The notes under the pieces were generated by a model. It was not told the DNA's origin and ran no database searches. It saw only the letters and a program-made list of their open reading frames with translations. A DNA stretch of 61,154 nucleotides, filler included, from Barthelona sp. PAP020 (lineage: Eukaryota), in assembly GCA_040182905.1 (NCBI GenBank). It is 2 parts of 2 records of this genome, joined end to end, with 100 filler letters (N's around TTAATTAATTAA, not from the genome) between each part and the next. Parts side by side here need not be neighbours in the genome. Positions count along the whole stretch, not along the records: positions 30,867 to 61,154 come from JARQWU010000112.1; 1 more part is not named here. The stretch is one strand, 5' to 3'. Positions 43,641 to 55,331 of the stretch are shown here, piece after piece (position 1 is the first letter of the stretch; each line of letters opens with the position of its first letter). A program made the position numbers and the translations under genes.

Positions 43641-46256
43641 TCAACTGAATAAATTATCGATAAATTCATCATTTTCTTCATCCCGATTAAAAATATCATT
43701 CATAGACAAAGACCTGTCTCTTTCAATGATTTTCTTAGATAAATTCAAGTTATCAGTTTGTGCTTTTACATTCTGATCGTTTAAAAAACCTTGACTAGAG
43801 TTGCTATGTATTAAATTGTTAACATTCTTCTGATTCGATCCAACTGTCTTGGGGGAACCTGTAACCATTGAATTAGAAACATCAACATTTGCATTTGCTG
43901 TGCCAGTGCCAGTGCTAGGGTTTGAAACATTGGCAGTCGTGTTAGATTTCGTATTTGATATCACTTCTTTAAATATCTTCGAATATTCAACAGAAAGTCT
44001 CTCATCTAATTGATTAATGAAAGAATCAATCACCTCTTGTCTTCTCTCTAACAAATCAATGACTTGTGGAATGGGAGATTCAATATTATCAATTATTTGT
44101 TCAATATCATTACTGTTTTCCACAAGACATTTGTACTCTTCCACCAAATCAGTTGTAGTTATATTATCAACATTGTTTGTGGTGTTTTGCTTAATAATCA
44201 GCATGTCTTCTTGAGCATCACTGTCTTCATCAAAATGACTAATGACAGAAATCGGTGCAAAATCATTTGAGGTCGTTAAAGACCCATTAGACGATGAATT
44301 CAACAACTGTGGTGATGATTTGGTCAACAAGGGACTAACGGTTCTAGTCGAAATTTCCAAACTTTCACTATGCCTGTTTGTAACTCGATTTTCAATGATT
44401 TCGTCATTTATATTGCTTCCTGTATCACTATTCGTGTTACTAACCATATCCAATAAAGATATAGACTCTATATTCTTTAAATTATCATTACGAATAATGA
44501 CTTCTGGGGTTAAGGCTAACAGATCGATATTATTGTTTGTGTTACTAGTTGTAGTAAAGCCTACCTGTAATTCTTCTTTATCATCGTTCTTTTCCACATC
44601 TTCATCAATTTTTGGGGTGTTTACATTCCATAATTCGTCAAAAATGTCATCGGTTACAACATTTGCAACTGTGTTGGGATTTAATGTTGCATTTGCTTGA
44701 TTCATGCCTCCAAGAACTTCAATCAAAGCATCAACAGCCTGTTCTCGTGTATTCTTTATGTTTTCAATCTCATCACCATCACTCAAGTTATTGTTATTAC
44801 TTGTAGAAGGAGAAGTAGCTTCCAAACTAATATTGTTCCTATCTAGGCTAATACTATTTCTGTGACTAGTGTAACCACTGTTAAAACCACTATTATAACC
44901 AATATCTTGACTATTCATCCCATTGGTGGGACTCAATATCTTACCCATTTTATCCCATGTAATACTGTTTGTAATATTAGGAAGCGCTTCTTCAAATGCT
45001 TTTTCTATTAAAGGATGCAGCTTTTGAGTGATGTTATCAACATCAACAGTTGAATCTTCAGGAATCTCCTTCATACTCTTTATCAAATGGCTCACCAACA
45101 AATCAACCGACATTTCAGCAGAATACTGGAAATTCACTTTCTTCTTCACAGAAAATACTGATAATATCAATTCAATGTGCAAATTCTTCTCATCAATATA
45201 TTTAACAGAGGCTCTTCTTAAAGATAAAGCCTTTTCAGATACAGAATTAGAAGCACTCATTGGAAAGTCCTTATTATTCAATTCATCTTCTAGATTGAGA
45301 CATTTAAATGAATTACCATCAAAGTCGATATCTTCTTGACTAACTCCAGAATTTATTGTGTTTGGTGATGCAAATGATGCGTTTTCTTCAAAAGGAGTAC
45401 CAATTTGCAAAGGTAAAGGCTTCAAAATCAATTGTTTGATTTCTGATCCAAAGAAAGGTAATTTCAATAAATCTGAGGCAGATGGCCGCAATTCTGCTGC
45501 TAATAAACATTGTTCGATAACAGCTTTTAATGAATGATCCTCAACTTTGTCCAAAACCTCTGGCATTATGCGATTCATAACAGAATTGATAATTTCCCCA
45601 ACGTTAGAACATTCTTCATATGGAAACTTACCGGTAGACATCTCCAATAAACACATCCCAAATTCATAAATATCAACTTTCTCGTCATACAATTCATTCT
45701 TAAACATTTCAGGTGGCATAAACTCAGGAGTTCCAACAGTAGATACAGCTCGATTCGTGACAGCAGAAGCCAATCCAAGGTCACCAATTTTACAAATTCC
45801 AGATTGACCATTGACAAAAATATTAGCACATTTAAGGTCTCTATGAATTACTTTTGGCGTTCTACTATGTAAATAATCCAACCCAATAAGAATTTGTTTG
45901 CCAAAATTCACAATAATCTGTTTGCTTACTTGTATCTTTTGAACATATTCAGCTAAAGAACCAGAAGACATCAATTCAGTTATAAAATAAACATGACTAT
46001 CAGTTTTCCAGAAATCATACATTGTCAATATGTTTGGATGAGACAATTCAGTTAATAATTGGAATTCTCGTCTTAAAGACTTCTTTTCATGTTCACTTAA
46101 TCTAGTAGTATTAATTTCTGACCAAGCAACTTCAATACCAATGTTCAAACGATAAGCTTTGTAAACTTTTTTAAATGATCCTTCACCCATTGTTTCTCCA
46201 TAATGAACATACTCTCGGTCAGGTGAATATACTTCTACCTTATGATTATCACTCAT
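43641..46256 (-). CDS. WNK: WNK-family Ser/Thr kinase (copy 1)
   Basis: GEGSFKKVYKA (Lys in subdomain I), EVAW, HRDLKCANIF, KIGDLGLA, GTPEFMPPE. Confidence 0.92.
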   Translation of the reverse strand: MSDNHKVEVYSPDREYVHYGETMGEGSFKKVYKAYRLNIGIEVAWSEINTTRLSEHEKKSLRREFQLLTELSHPNILTMYDFWKTDSHVYFITELMSSGSLAEYVQKIQVSKQIIVNFGKQILIGLDYLHSRTPKVIHRDLKCANIFVNGQSGICKIGDLGLASAVTNRAVSTVGTPEFMPPEMFKNELYDEKVDIYEFGMCLLEMSTGKFPYEECSNVGEIINSVMNRIMPEVLDKVEDHSLKAVIEQCLLAAELRPSASDLLKLPFFGSEIKQLILKPLPLQIGTPFEENASFASPNTINSGVSQEDIDFDGNSFKCLNLEDELNNKDFPMSASNSVSEKALSLRRASVKYIDEKNLHIELILSVFSVKKKVNFQYSAEMSVDLLVSHLIKSMKEIPEDSTVDVDNITQKLHPLIEKAFEEALPNITNSITWDKMGKILSPTNGMNSQDIGYNSGFNSGYTSHRNSISLDRNNISLEATSPSTSNNNNLSDGDEIENIKNTREQAVDALIEVLGGMNQANATLNPNTVANVVTDDIFDELWNVNTPKIDEDVEKNDDKEELQVGFTTTSNTNNNIDLLALTPEVIIRNDNLKNIESISLLDMVSNTNSDTGSNINDEIIENRVTNRHSESLEISTRTVSPLLTKSSPQLLNSSSNGSLTTSNDFAPISVISHFDEDSDAQEDMLIIKQNTTNNVDNITTTDLVEEYKCLVENSNDIEQIIDNIESPIPQVIDLLERRQEVIDSFINQLDERLSVEYSKIFKEVISNTKSNTTANVSNPSTGTGTANANVDVSNSMVTGSPKTVGSNQKNVNNLIHSNSSQGFLNDQNVKAQTDNLNLSKKIIERDRSLSMNDIFNRDEENDEFIDNLFS

Positions 46257-46417
46257 ACCAATACGTTTGGTTCAACAAAATGTCTGAGTGGGTTTTTTTT
46301 TTTTTGGATTTTTTTAAAATTCTTTCTTTTTTCACTTATTTATAATTAATATACACATAATAATGCAAAAATATCAAAAAGAAAAAAAAAAAATTTTGAG
46401 GTTGCTATTTACTTTGT

Positions 46418-47077
46418 TTATAGAAACAAATTTCCATAGTACATCACTGCATATCTTAAATTTTCTGGCCATTGAACCACAAATAAATCAACAATTGGAT
46501 ACAATAATATTCCGGTTAAAGATAAAGTTTTTACTCTGCAAAAGCTTTCAACAAATACAATTTTAACCTTTCTATTTATACCAAAAAACTTTAAAACAAA
46601 AGCTGCAACAACAATAGGTAAACAAGTACCAGGTCCATTGACGAAGAGAACATCTGGTCTAATTGCATACATTTTTTTCAAAGAAACAATGAAAGCAAAA
46701 AGAGTTGACATTATTGAACTGATATATGATTGGCCAACTTCTCTTGATCTAGGAATTGAATGAATTATTGGATTTTCAATTATTTTTTCAACATGTAAAT
46801 GTGAATAAGTGTCCGTATCAGCTTTAATGAATGTTTTTTGCTTGAAATATTTGTTATTTGATTCTTTTTCAATAATTTTTAGCAATTTTATCATTTCGGA
46901 AGTGTGACCACCACTTCCCAAAACACAACACAAATGTTTTTTGTCTGTTATGGTTTTAAGATCATTTTTTAAATGCATATACAAAAATCTTTTCCATGGC
47001 AAAATTGTAATCAATCGGATTATCATTAAACATGATAAAATAATAATAATGAACAAAAATAAACCAATGTTACCCAT
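46418..47077 (-). CDS. ALG14: UDP-GlcNAc transferase subunit ALG14
   Basis: VLGSGGHTSEM, IPRSREVGQSY, NGPGTC, VFVESFCRVKTLSLTG, VQWP. Confidence 0.95.
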   Translation of the reverse strand: MGNIGLFLFIIIILSCLMIIRLITILPWKRFLYMHLKNDLKTITDKKHLCCVLGSGGHTSEMIKLLKIIEKESNNKYFKQKTFIKADTDTYSHLHVEKIIENPIIHSIPRSREVGQSYISSIMSTLFAFIVSLKKMYAIRPDVLFVNGPGTCLPIVVAAFVLKFFGINRKVKIVFVESFCRVKTLSLTGILLYPIVDLFVVQWPENLRYAVMYYGNLFL

Positions 47078-47224
47078 TATTTGACATTAATGTGATGAAA
47101 ATTCACAAAAGAAACGAAAAAAAAGTTAAAAAACATACATTTATTCAAATGTTCAACTATATACATATAAATCATCTTAAGTAAGATCATTTAAACTATT
47201 TTACACTTTTTTTTTGGGCAAGCT

Positions 47225-50200
47225 CTATAATATTTTGTTTTTTCTCAAAGGAGTTTTTAGTTCAAAAAATTCTTCTTCCTCTTCTTCTTCTTCTTCAGAA
47301 TCATCATTACTGTTATTGTATTTTTTCCTTTTTGATTTTACAACTTTGTCTTGTTTATATTCATTGTCATCAAAGACAGGTTGCTCAATTTCATACGCTT
47401 CATGATGAAGCATCACAGGCTCTTTCTTTAGAGGAGATTTCAAATCAACTAGTGTTTTTTTAGGTTGGTTTTCAGATACAGTAAGATACGAAGGAATAGT
47501 TCTAGCAAAGTTGAACACATTGCCTGTGGTAACAACGCTATTCAATCTCTTTGTCAGAGTGATGGCTGGATAATAGCTGTGAATGGAAGAACTTCTTCGG
47601 TCTTCACGAATTTTCCAAATGTTTGGTAAATTCATGGCAATTTTCTTCAGAGGGTTAACGTTAGCTTCCAATTTGTCTTCACCTTTCACATAAACGTCGA
47701 TTAACAATAAAGTGATAGCGGTCAAATACAAATGAGTTTCTTCACTGTCAATGATTGAGTCTGAATCAAAGAGCTTCAAAAGCCAATTTCTCAAAAGATG
47801 AAAGGTCCAATTTAAATCATAGCCAGGTATTGATGGAGAAAAGCAAAAGTCCAAAAAGGCCAAGAGAACACTCAGTACAACAAACTGATTTGACTCTTCT
47901 TCTTCAGTGTCGACATTAAATCGATACTGAATTTCATCATATGTCTGGGGATGGGCAAGAAGTAGATAAAAAATGTAAGAAACCAAAGCCTCTGGTAATA
48001 ACGGTGTTACAATTTTATTCATTTTTGTTTTGTAATACTGATACATTTCTCTTTGCTTTGAAAAGAATAAAATCAGTCCATTACGAGCCAATAATCTGTT
48101 TCCAGCCTCAGGATCAATGAACGAAAAGAATAACAAAGCAGGAAATAATAATGAAACTGTTGTTTTGATACAAAACGAAGAGATGAAAGAAATCATTCTT
48201 TCCCTAACAAAAGGAGAGATGTCTTGCATCAAATTGACCAAATACGATACCAAATCAATATCTGTGATCAAATAATTAAAGATCTCCTTTCCAGCTTCTC
48301 TGTGAGGTAATGAAGTTATTTCCATTATAAATTCACCAACAGCAACACGTTGAATCATAAAGACCAAATCATCTTCCAATTTTGAATCGTCGTCAATGAA
48401 GGAAATTTGCTGACTGTCCATTTCTTTAATTCGGGCAAAAAAATGAATGATCAGGTTCTTGAAATGCTCAACAGTAAAAGAATCATCAATTAAATGAGGA
48501 AAATAGGAGGACAAGAATTTGAATGTTTCCCTGATAAAAATTCCAAGAATAACATCAGGTTTAGAGAGTTCTTCTGCATTGGAAAAAGTTTTTGTTCCAT
48601 CAAATGCTTCACTTCTATCTGTTGACAGTGCCATACCCATTAAATTAATAACCTTATCTTGAGTAATCAATCTAAATAAAGAGCTAGGGTTAACACTGCT
48701 GTTCTTAATAATGTAACGATATTTGATGTTACTAATCAAACGATTAATCAAGAATAGATACATTGTGAGCATTTTCAAATTATCTTCTGCTAGTTCTTCA
48801 TTCATTTGTTCTGCAATCATTTCAAAAACTTCACTCAAACTCAACTTCTCAATATTGATCAGAATAACAGTGGAACACAAGGCAATTTCAAAAGAACTGT
48901 CATATACAGCATTAAAAATTACAACTTCTTTATCTTCTGAAGTCTGGGGAATCCATAAGGTTGACGAATTTTTCCATTGTCTTAACTTTTTTAAAAGTTT
49001 GGTTGGAATTCTATTGACCGAACTATTTGCTAGTAATTGTAGTAAAAAGGTCTTAATATCCTCAGATTCACAATCAATCAACACTTCAGCAACTTTGTTC
49101 ATGAAAAAATCCATCTTTATCTTTGAGCTTTCCATCACAAAATCAACAATCAACAATAACAACTCCCTCATTCTTTGAGATACAATGATACCTTTTTTAC
49201 TCTGTCTAACAACGATATATACAAAATTTAACAAAAAAGATAAGGAAAATGGATTACCAATGAAAAAATCAAAACATTTCTTCAAACTTTCAAACTTTTG
49301 TTTTTGACTACATCTGTTTTTCAGAGTAAACAGACCAGATTCTATTCTGGCCTGAATAGAATCGTTCCACTCATTAAACCCTGAACCAGAGGGTTCTTTC
49401 CATAAATCCTGTAATAGTTGATCAAAACTTGTTTGTTCCTCAACATTGAGTTTTGGTAATTTGTATTCAAACAATTTTTTGAAAATTTCAGCAGGAAATT
49501 TTTCCTTATCTTTTGAACTGTAAATTTTTTGAAATTTCAAAAAAATGAATTTTTTAAACACTTGATAGATATTGTCATCCAATATATCAATAAATTCATC
49601 AAAGAAGTATTTAAGTGTTGTTTTGGACAATGAACATTGTTTGAAAATTTGCTGAAAGAACTGCACAATCATATGATATGGAAAGTACTTGAAAAATTGA
49701 ATGATCTTGATGAGAATGTCTTTCCACTCTGAAAATACAATTGTTTGATTAGTAAAGTGTGTTATCAGATTATTCATTGCTGTTTCACGAACAGAAACTC
49801 TTTTGTCCAATAACAAATCCTCTAAAATTGGTTTTAGCAAATTAAGATTTCTCTTTTCATTTGCCAACAGCTCAAAACATAACTTTATCACTTTGTTTTT
49901 ATTTTCAACAGCCGAAATATAGTCAACCAACCATTCTTTAAACTCTGTATCAAAATCATCAAATCCATCAGTAGACTTCCCAATTTCTGTAAGACAAGGC
50001 AACAACCAATCACCTTCAAATGATTGTAGCATCAATAACACACTTGGACTGAATATATAAAATTTATTTCTGTGATCAATGAAAAGCTTCAAAATCAACT
50101 GTAGATTAATGTTATCCTTGTCATCTGTTTTACAATTGTAACATTCTGTAATAATATCCATCAATATTTGTGTGACACTGTCAGGTCTGATCTTGAATAA

Positions 50201-51073
50201 GATAGAAAAAATTTCAAGTTGATTCTTTGATTCATCTTTTTCAAAATATTCCAAATTTTCGAAAAAATTCGTGAAATATTCAAAAATCAACTTATCAAAG
50301 ATTTTGATGTCTGCTAGAACCTCTTTAATTAAATCAATAGGTTTAAACAATCTTGAATCTTCATCAACATCTCCAATATTTATTCTTGGAATCAAATAAC
50401 TTAAAAATTCGTTTAGCATAAAATAATCATCATACTCAAATAAATTCAGGATAAAATTTTGTTGATGTTCATTCAAACAATTTAACAGATCAAAAAATAT
50501 ATCCCTCAAAAATTTTTTTATTATTAGTGGCAAATCAACTTCACTAACAATAGAATTTTCCAATATACCTAGTATTTGCTCAAACAATTGCTTGAATAAC
50601 CATGTCTTGAATTCTTTTTCTTCGAAACTGTTCTCATTTCCAAAATATACAAAGGGCAGGCAAAATATTTGTAAACTAGTCAATTCTTTCACCAAATAAC
50701 CTAACAGAGTGTTATACTCATCAATTATAAGCTCAAAATATAATTCATGACCTTCCCAATTAATTTCAGTTAAACTAACAAGACAATTAATAAAAAGCTG
50801 ATAAACATCTTTCAAATTGTTCAAATCGATTTCAATAAGATTAAATGATGGTAATTGAAAAATTGTCAAAAAAATTAATGAGATTTTCGCATTGATTGTA
50901 TCACTATCAATATCTAACATATTTTTCCCAAATATTATCTTCTGAAAATCTTTTAAATCTTTGTCAACAATAAATCTTTTCCATCCTTGGTCTAATTTTT
51001 TTAATATTGGATATTCCTTAATATCATGTTTAAAAATATCTTCCAATTCTTTCAATCTATCCGAATTGTTCAT
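47225..51073 (-). CDS. PDS5: Cohesin-associated HEAT-repeat protein PDS5-like
   Basis: 1282-aa helical protein with LLDKRVSVRE, MQDISPFVRE, DPE and LLPEALVSYIFYLLLAHP (PDS5 C-terminal PEY..LLAHHP-like), plus a charged tail. Confidence 0.72.
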   Translation of the reverse strand: MNNSDRLKELEDIFKHDIKEYPILKKLDQGWKRFIVDKDLKDFQKIIFGKNMLDIDSDTINAKISLIFLTIFQLPSFNLIEIDLNNLKDVYQLFINCLVSLTEINWEGHELYFELIIDEYNTLLGYLVKELTSLQIFCLPFVYFGNENSFEEKEFKTWLFKQLFEQILGILENSIVSEVDLPLIIKKFLRDIFFDLLNCLNEHQQNFILNLFEYDDYFMLNEFLSYLIPRINIGDVDEDSRLFKPIDLIKEVLADIKIFDKLIFEYFTNFFENLEYFEKDESKNQLEIFSILFKIRPDSVTQILMDIITECYNCKTDDKDNINLQLILKLFIDHRNKFYIFSPSVLLMLQSFEGDWLLPCLTEIGKSTDGFDDFDTEFKEWLVDYISAVENKNKVIKLCFELLANEKRNLNLLKPILEDLLLDKRVSVRETAMNNLITHFTNQTIVFSEWKDILIKIIQFFKYFPYHMIVQFFQQIFKQCSLSKTTLKYFFDEFIDILDDNIYQVFKKFIFLKFQKIYSSKDKEKFPAEIFKKLFEYKLPKLNVEEQTSFDQLLQDLWKEPSGSGFNEWNDSIQARIESGLFTLKNRCSQKQKFESLKKCFDFFIGNPFSLSFLLNFVYIVVRQSKKGIIVSQRMRELLLLIVDFVMESSKIKMDFFMNKVAEVLIDCESEDIKTFLLQLLANSSVNRIPTKLLKKLRQWKNSSTLWIPQTSEDKEVVIFNAVYDSSFEIALCSTVILINIEKLSLSEVFEMIAEQMNEELAEDNLKMLTMYLFLINRLISNIKYRYIIKNSSVNPSSLFRLITQDKVINLMGMALSTDRSEAFDGTKTFSNAEELSKPDVILGIFIRETFKFLSSYFPHLIDDSFTVEHFKNLIIHFFARIKEMDSQQISFIDDDSKLEDDLVFMIQRVAVGEFIMEITSLPHREAGKEIFNYLITDIDLVSYLVNLMQDISPFVRERMISFISSFCIKTTVSLLFPALLFFSFIDPEAGNRLLARNGLILFFSKQREMYQYYKTKMNKIVTPLLPEALVSYIFYLLLAHPQTYDEIQYRFNVDTEEEESNQFVVLSVLLAFLDFCFSPSIPGYDLNWTFHLLRNWLLKLFDSDSIIDSEETHLYLTAITLLLIDVYVKGEDKLEANVNPLKKIAMNLPNIWKIREDRRSSSIHSYYPAITLTKRLNSVVTTGNVFNFARTIPSYLTVSENQPKKTLVDLKSPLKKEPVMLHHEAYEIEQPVFDDNEYKQDKVVKSKRKKYNNSNDDSEEEEEEEEEFFELKTPLRKNKIL

Positions 51074-51752
51074 TGATTAGAAAAAAAAGAAAAATGTTTT
51101 TGCTTTTCACTTCGTCTTTTTTGAAAAGGTAATACATTATATTTTAAAAAAAAAATGGTAGGTGTCAAACAGTGAAAGCAGAAAAATTGAAAAAAAAAAT
51201 GAGCAAAAAATATTTCAAGGAATAAAAGATTCATTCAAAAGATTTAAAATGATAAAAATATAAAAAATAAGGAAAAATAAAGCACAAAAATTGAAACAAT
51301 TCCATTTATTAGTGTTCTGATAATCAATGATTTTTTCAACGTTCCTATTCTCAATATTGATTGATTTTCTTTCCTGAATTTACATTATTTCAACTAAAAA
51401 ATAAAATTCTGATTGTTATTTGTCTCGAAAACAGAAGATTTCATGTTACAATCGATTTCCGGTTTTTTATTGTTTATAAATTCTTAAACAGATATTTAAT
51501 CATTGAATTAAATGCTCTGTTTCCAAAACTAAACTGAAATGAAATACTTCAAACAATTCTGATTTTTTTTTTAATTCAATACCTTTTTCTATTTTTATGG
51601 TTTCTTTATAATGGAAATGATATTTTTCCACACATTTTTTAGGGTTGAAATAAAAAATAAATAAGAAAACAGGGGAGATTTGAATAATGGAATTCAGATC
51701 CAATCATCGAATTCTCTCCAATTTTTGGATAATTTATTTTATTAAATAAGAT

Positions 51753-52967
51753 ATGAACTCTTCAACTACTTTAGGATTTTATCATGTTCCTTCTCGAATT
51801 TATTTCAAATATGGAAGTTTACCTGTTGCTTTAAGTGATTTGGTTGATCTGAAACGTGCTTTAATCATTTCTGACAAGGATATTTTTGAGTTGGGATATG
51901 TAAATGAAGTTGCTGAAGATTTACGTGAAATGGGAGTTTCATATTCCATTTTCCTTGATGTTCAACCTGACCCCAAAATGGATGCCATTCAATCTGCTAT
52001 TAGAGCTGCTCAATCTTTCACACCTGATCTTATTGTTGCAGTTGGTGGTGGTTCTGTTATGGATACAGCAAAATTAGTTCGTTTATTGTCTGAAAATCCA
52101 GATTTGGAGGATAAATTATTGGATATGCGTTACATGACCAATGATGAAGCTGTTGGATCATATTTCCCCTCTTTGGACCATCCTAAAATAATGTTATGTT
52201 GCATTCCTACCACTTCTGGTACTGGTTCAGAAGTCACTCCTTTTTCAGTTGTTACTGATGAAGAAGGAATTAAACATCCCATTGCTCATCCTTTCTTAAC
52301 ACCCAACATGGCTATAGTTGATCCTCAGTTTGTATTAAATTTGCCTGGTTCTATTGTTGCCAGCAGTGGTATGCATTGTTTAAAACATGCTTTTGATGCC
52401 TATACATCTGCCATGTCTAATGTCTTTACTGATGGTTCAGCTTTAGAAGCTATTTCTCTTGTTTTTGAAGCTTTGGAAGATTCTTATAAAACCGGCAGTC
52501 TTGCCAGTAGATCCAAGGTTCATTATGCTTCTTGCATTGCTGGTATTGCATTTGGTAACACGAATTTGGGAATTCATCATTCATTGGCTCATGCTATGCA
52601 ACAAGTGTATAAGATGTCAAAAGGTATAGCCAATGCTTTACTTTTACCCAAGAGTATTGAAGCATATTGTGAAAGAGAAGAAATTAAGGCAAGATATGTT
52701 GCAATCGGTAGATATTTAAAACTCAAAGGTTCTGATGATGAGATTATTAAGCAATTGGTCGACAAAATTACAAAGTTAACCTGTAGCTTGGAGTTGCCCC
52801 AAAGATTGAAAGATTTACCTGGTTTTATGAGTAAAGAAGAATATTTGGCAAAGATTAAAGATGTCGTTGACTATGTTGATGTTCAAAAATCTGTTATTGA
52901 ATTGCATAGAGGTAGAATCCTTTCCAAGGATAAAGTTGAAGAAATTTTGTCTTCAATTTATGAGTGA
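51753..52967 (+). CDS. Iron-type alcohol dehydrogenase homolog resembling the ADH half of bacterial AdhE
   Basis: FYHVPSRIYFKYGSLPVAL, VQPDP, AVGGGSVMDTAK, IPTTSGTGSEVTPFSV, PNMAIVDP, GIHHSLAH. Confidence 0.88.
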   Translation: MNSSTTLGFYHVPSRIYFKYGSLPVALSDLVDLKRALIISDKDIFELGYVNEVAEDLREMGVSYSIFLDVQPDPKMDAIQSAIRAAQSFTPDLIVAVGGGSVMDTAKLVRLLSENPDLEDKLLDMRYMTNDEAVGSYFPSLDHPKIMLCCIPTTSGTGSEVTPFSVVTDEEGIKHPIAHPFLTPNMAIVDPQFVLNLPGSIVASSGMHCLKHAFDAYTSAMSNVFTDGSALEAISLVFEALEDSYKTGSLASRSKVHYASCIAGIAFGNTNLGIHHSLAHAMQQVYKMSKGIANALLLPKSIEAYCEREEIKARYVAIGRYLKLKGSDDEIIKQLVDKITKLTCSLELPQRLKDLPGFMSKEEYLAKIKDVVDYVDVQKSVIELHRGRILSKDKVEEILSSIYE

Positions 52968-53199
52968 TAAATTTGTGTATGTTGTTTATTTTTGTCAGGC
53001 AGTTTCCGAATCTATTCGAACTTTCTTTTCAAATGAGAATGTCAAAGAATGAGAAGGAGAGATGAATTATTCATGCAAACTCAATCCAACAAAGAAATTT
53101 TCATCAATTCACATTTATTTGCAATCAAATTCCAAAAATGCAGCATATAATTCTCTTTCAAAAAAAAAAAATAATGTAGTTTGTTCTATATCTGAACAT

Positions 53200-55278
53200 T
53201 TATTGATGTTGAGGAGTGGACATTTGGAAATCCAATTGAAGTTGAAGATCATTGACCAATGTTTGTAAATCTTGTACAGAACTGATATTGTTAAGGTTGG
53301 TTTCCAAGAAATCATCAACATCCTTTGAATCAATTGAAAAACCAAGTTTATTGAGGAGTCTGTGAATGTGATGATTCAATCTATTGAACTCAGATTGCAA
53401 ATGGAGATTTTCATTTCTTAGGGAAGCTAATTGATCATCTGAAGCAACATCAAAATATCTAGCAGGTGATGGTTCAATTGGACTCTTAATTGGACTCAAT
53501 AATATTGCCAAAGAAGGACTAAGAGGAACTTGAGTTGCTGTTGAAGGAACATCTATTTCTAACAAATTTGGATCAGGAATTTTGTGAATTTCTTCCATTA
53601 ATTTGTCTATTTTGGTTTGTTCAGATTGAATCTCCGTCATTTTATTGAAAAGCACATCATGATCGTTCTCCAACAAATTATATTCAGATTTAAGCAGGTT
53701 ATAATCTCTTTCGATATTTTCCAGTGCTAGTATTCTTTTATTTAGCAAATTAACGTCATTTTCACCGGTTTTTTTATGTTCAGAAAGACGATCAGTCATT
53801 TTTTTGATCTCCTCTTGGTAGTACACATTTTCAAGCTTGAATGAAGTTATTGATTCTTCCAAAGTCTTTATCGTGTCCCTTTTGACATTTAAATCAAGAA
53901 GTAAATTTTCAATCTCACTTTTTTTATCCTCTAGTTCATCTTTTATACCACTAATCTCATTATTCTTTATCCTTATGGTTTGGTTCAAATTCATGTTTTC
54001 GAGATGTAATGTTGATGCAGCCTCTTCAAGTTTTGCTTGGGTTTCACGTTCAATATCAAGTTCTTCTTGTAATTGATCATATTCACTTTGCATTTCAAAA
54101 TATTGCTTTTGTGAACTGTGAAATTTTTCTTCAAAAACATCCCGTTCCTTGCTAATGTCAGTAATTTCTGCATTTAAGGTGTCAATCTGCTCTTCCATCT
54201 CCTCGATGTGCTGCAAAGCCAACGTCAATTCTGGATTACTGTTATCTTCATCTTCATCTTCATCATCTTGTTTGTTCATCGAAAGTGATTCACATGCTTC
54301 TTGAAAAACGTTGGACAATTCTTGGTTAAACTTCAGAAAGTCATCAGACAATACCTGGGTAATGATGTCTTCCATTGCAGAACTATGCACGTTGGTTTCG
54401 TTGAGACTTCTTTTCAAAATATTTAAACGATCCAGCAAAAGATCAATTTTATCAACAATATCCAACAGCCTATTAGCTTTTGAAACCATTTCTGGATTCA
54501 ATTCAGTAATATGCTCAGCATAAAGGTATTCCAGCTCTCTCTCAAGCGTTTCCTTCTGCTTTTCTCTGTTTGGTGTTTCTTCATTGATACTGAGCTTACT
54601 CAAGCGTGGACCACTGCTCTTGAGTTCCTCAAGATCATTCAAGATACCCTTATGTCTAACGGGTGTGCTTAGACTCAATTTATACTCCAAAGAATCTCGT
54701 TTACCAGCAAATTCATTTCTCAACTCTTGTTCGCGATGTCTCATTGGGGTTAGCATGTCGTCCATTTTATTTCCAACTTCAATAAGCTTAATTTCTTTGG
54801 TGATATCAATCATGCGCTTTGAGTACTCAGTGGAAGTTTTGCTGTCAGAATTATTTGCCATAATTCGTATCTCATTGGCTTGATATGTTAGTTTTTGCCT
54901 AAGGCTACCTAGTGCTCGGCATTGCACACTACAATAAGTCGAAATTAAAGTTTTAACGAATTCATTTCGCATTTTACGTTCACGCATTTCTTCTTCTTGT
55001 TTTTTATTATCTTTGTATAGTAAAGTATCACTGTATGATTCAATTTTTTCCTCAAGTTTTCTGATAGTCAGCATTTGTTCGGTAATCTTTTTATTTCTTG
55101 CTTCAACTAACTTTTCATGAGTATTAACTTTTCGTTTTTGTTCTTCTATTATATTATCTTTCTCATGTAATTGGCTTTTAAGTTGTTTTATTCGTTCGCC
55201 AAAATTTATTGCCAAATTATCATTTTCATTTTCATTGTCGCTATCTTTTTCATTTTCATTGCTTTTGTTTGGATACAT
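53200..55278 (-). CDS. Long coiled-coil protein of unknown function
   Basis: 692-aa ORF dominated by E/K/L heptads. Confidence 0.7.
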   Translation of the reverse strand: MYPNKSNENEKDSDNENENDNLAINFGERIKQLKSQLHEKDNIIEEQKRKVNTHEKLVEARNKKITEQMLTIRKLEEKIESYSDTLLYKDNKKQEEEMRERKMRNEFVKTLISTYCSVQCRALGSLRQKLTYQANEIRIMANNSDSKTSTEYSKRMIDITKEIKLIEVGNKMDDMLTPMRHREQELRNEFAGKRDSLEYKLSLSTPVRHKGILNDLEELKSSGPRLSKLSINEETPNREKQKETLERELEYLYAEHITELNPEMVSKANRLLDIVDKIDLLLDRLNILKRSLNETNVHSSAMEDIITQVLSDDFLKFNQELSNVFQEACESLSMNKQDDEDEDEDNSNPELTLALQHIEEMEEQIDTLNAEITDISKERDVFEEKFHSSQKQYFEMQSEYDQLQEELDIERETQAKLEEAASTLHLENMNLNQTIRIKNNEISGIKDELEDKKSEIENLLLDLNVKRDTIKTLEESITSFKLENVYYQEEIKKMTDRLSEHKKTGENDVNLLNKRILALENIERDYNLLKSEYNLLENDHDVLFNKMTEIQSEQTKIDKLMEEIHKIPDPNLLEIDVPSTATQVPLSPSLAILLSPIKSPIEPSPARYFDVASDDQLASLRNENLHLQSEFNRLNHHIHRLLNKLGFSIDSKDVDDFLETNLNNISSVQDLQTLVNDLQLQLDFQMSTPQHQ

Positions 55279-55331
55279 GTTTGTTGATTTTGTTCATGAA
55301 ATAAAAAAAATTATCATTACAAATTATTAAT

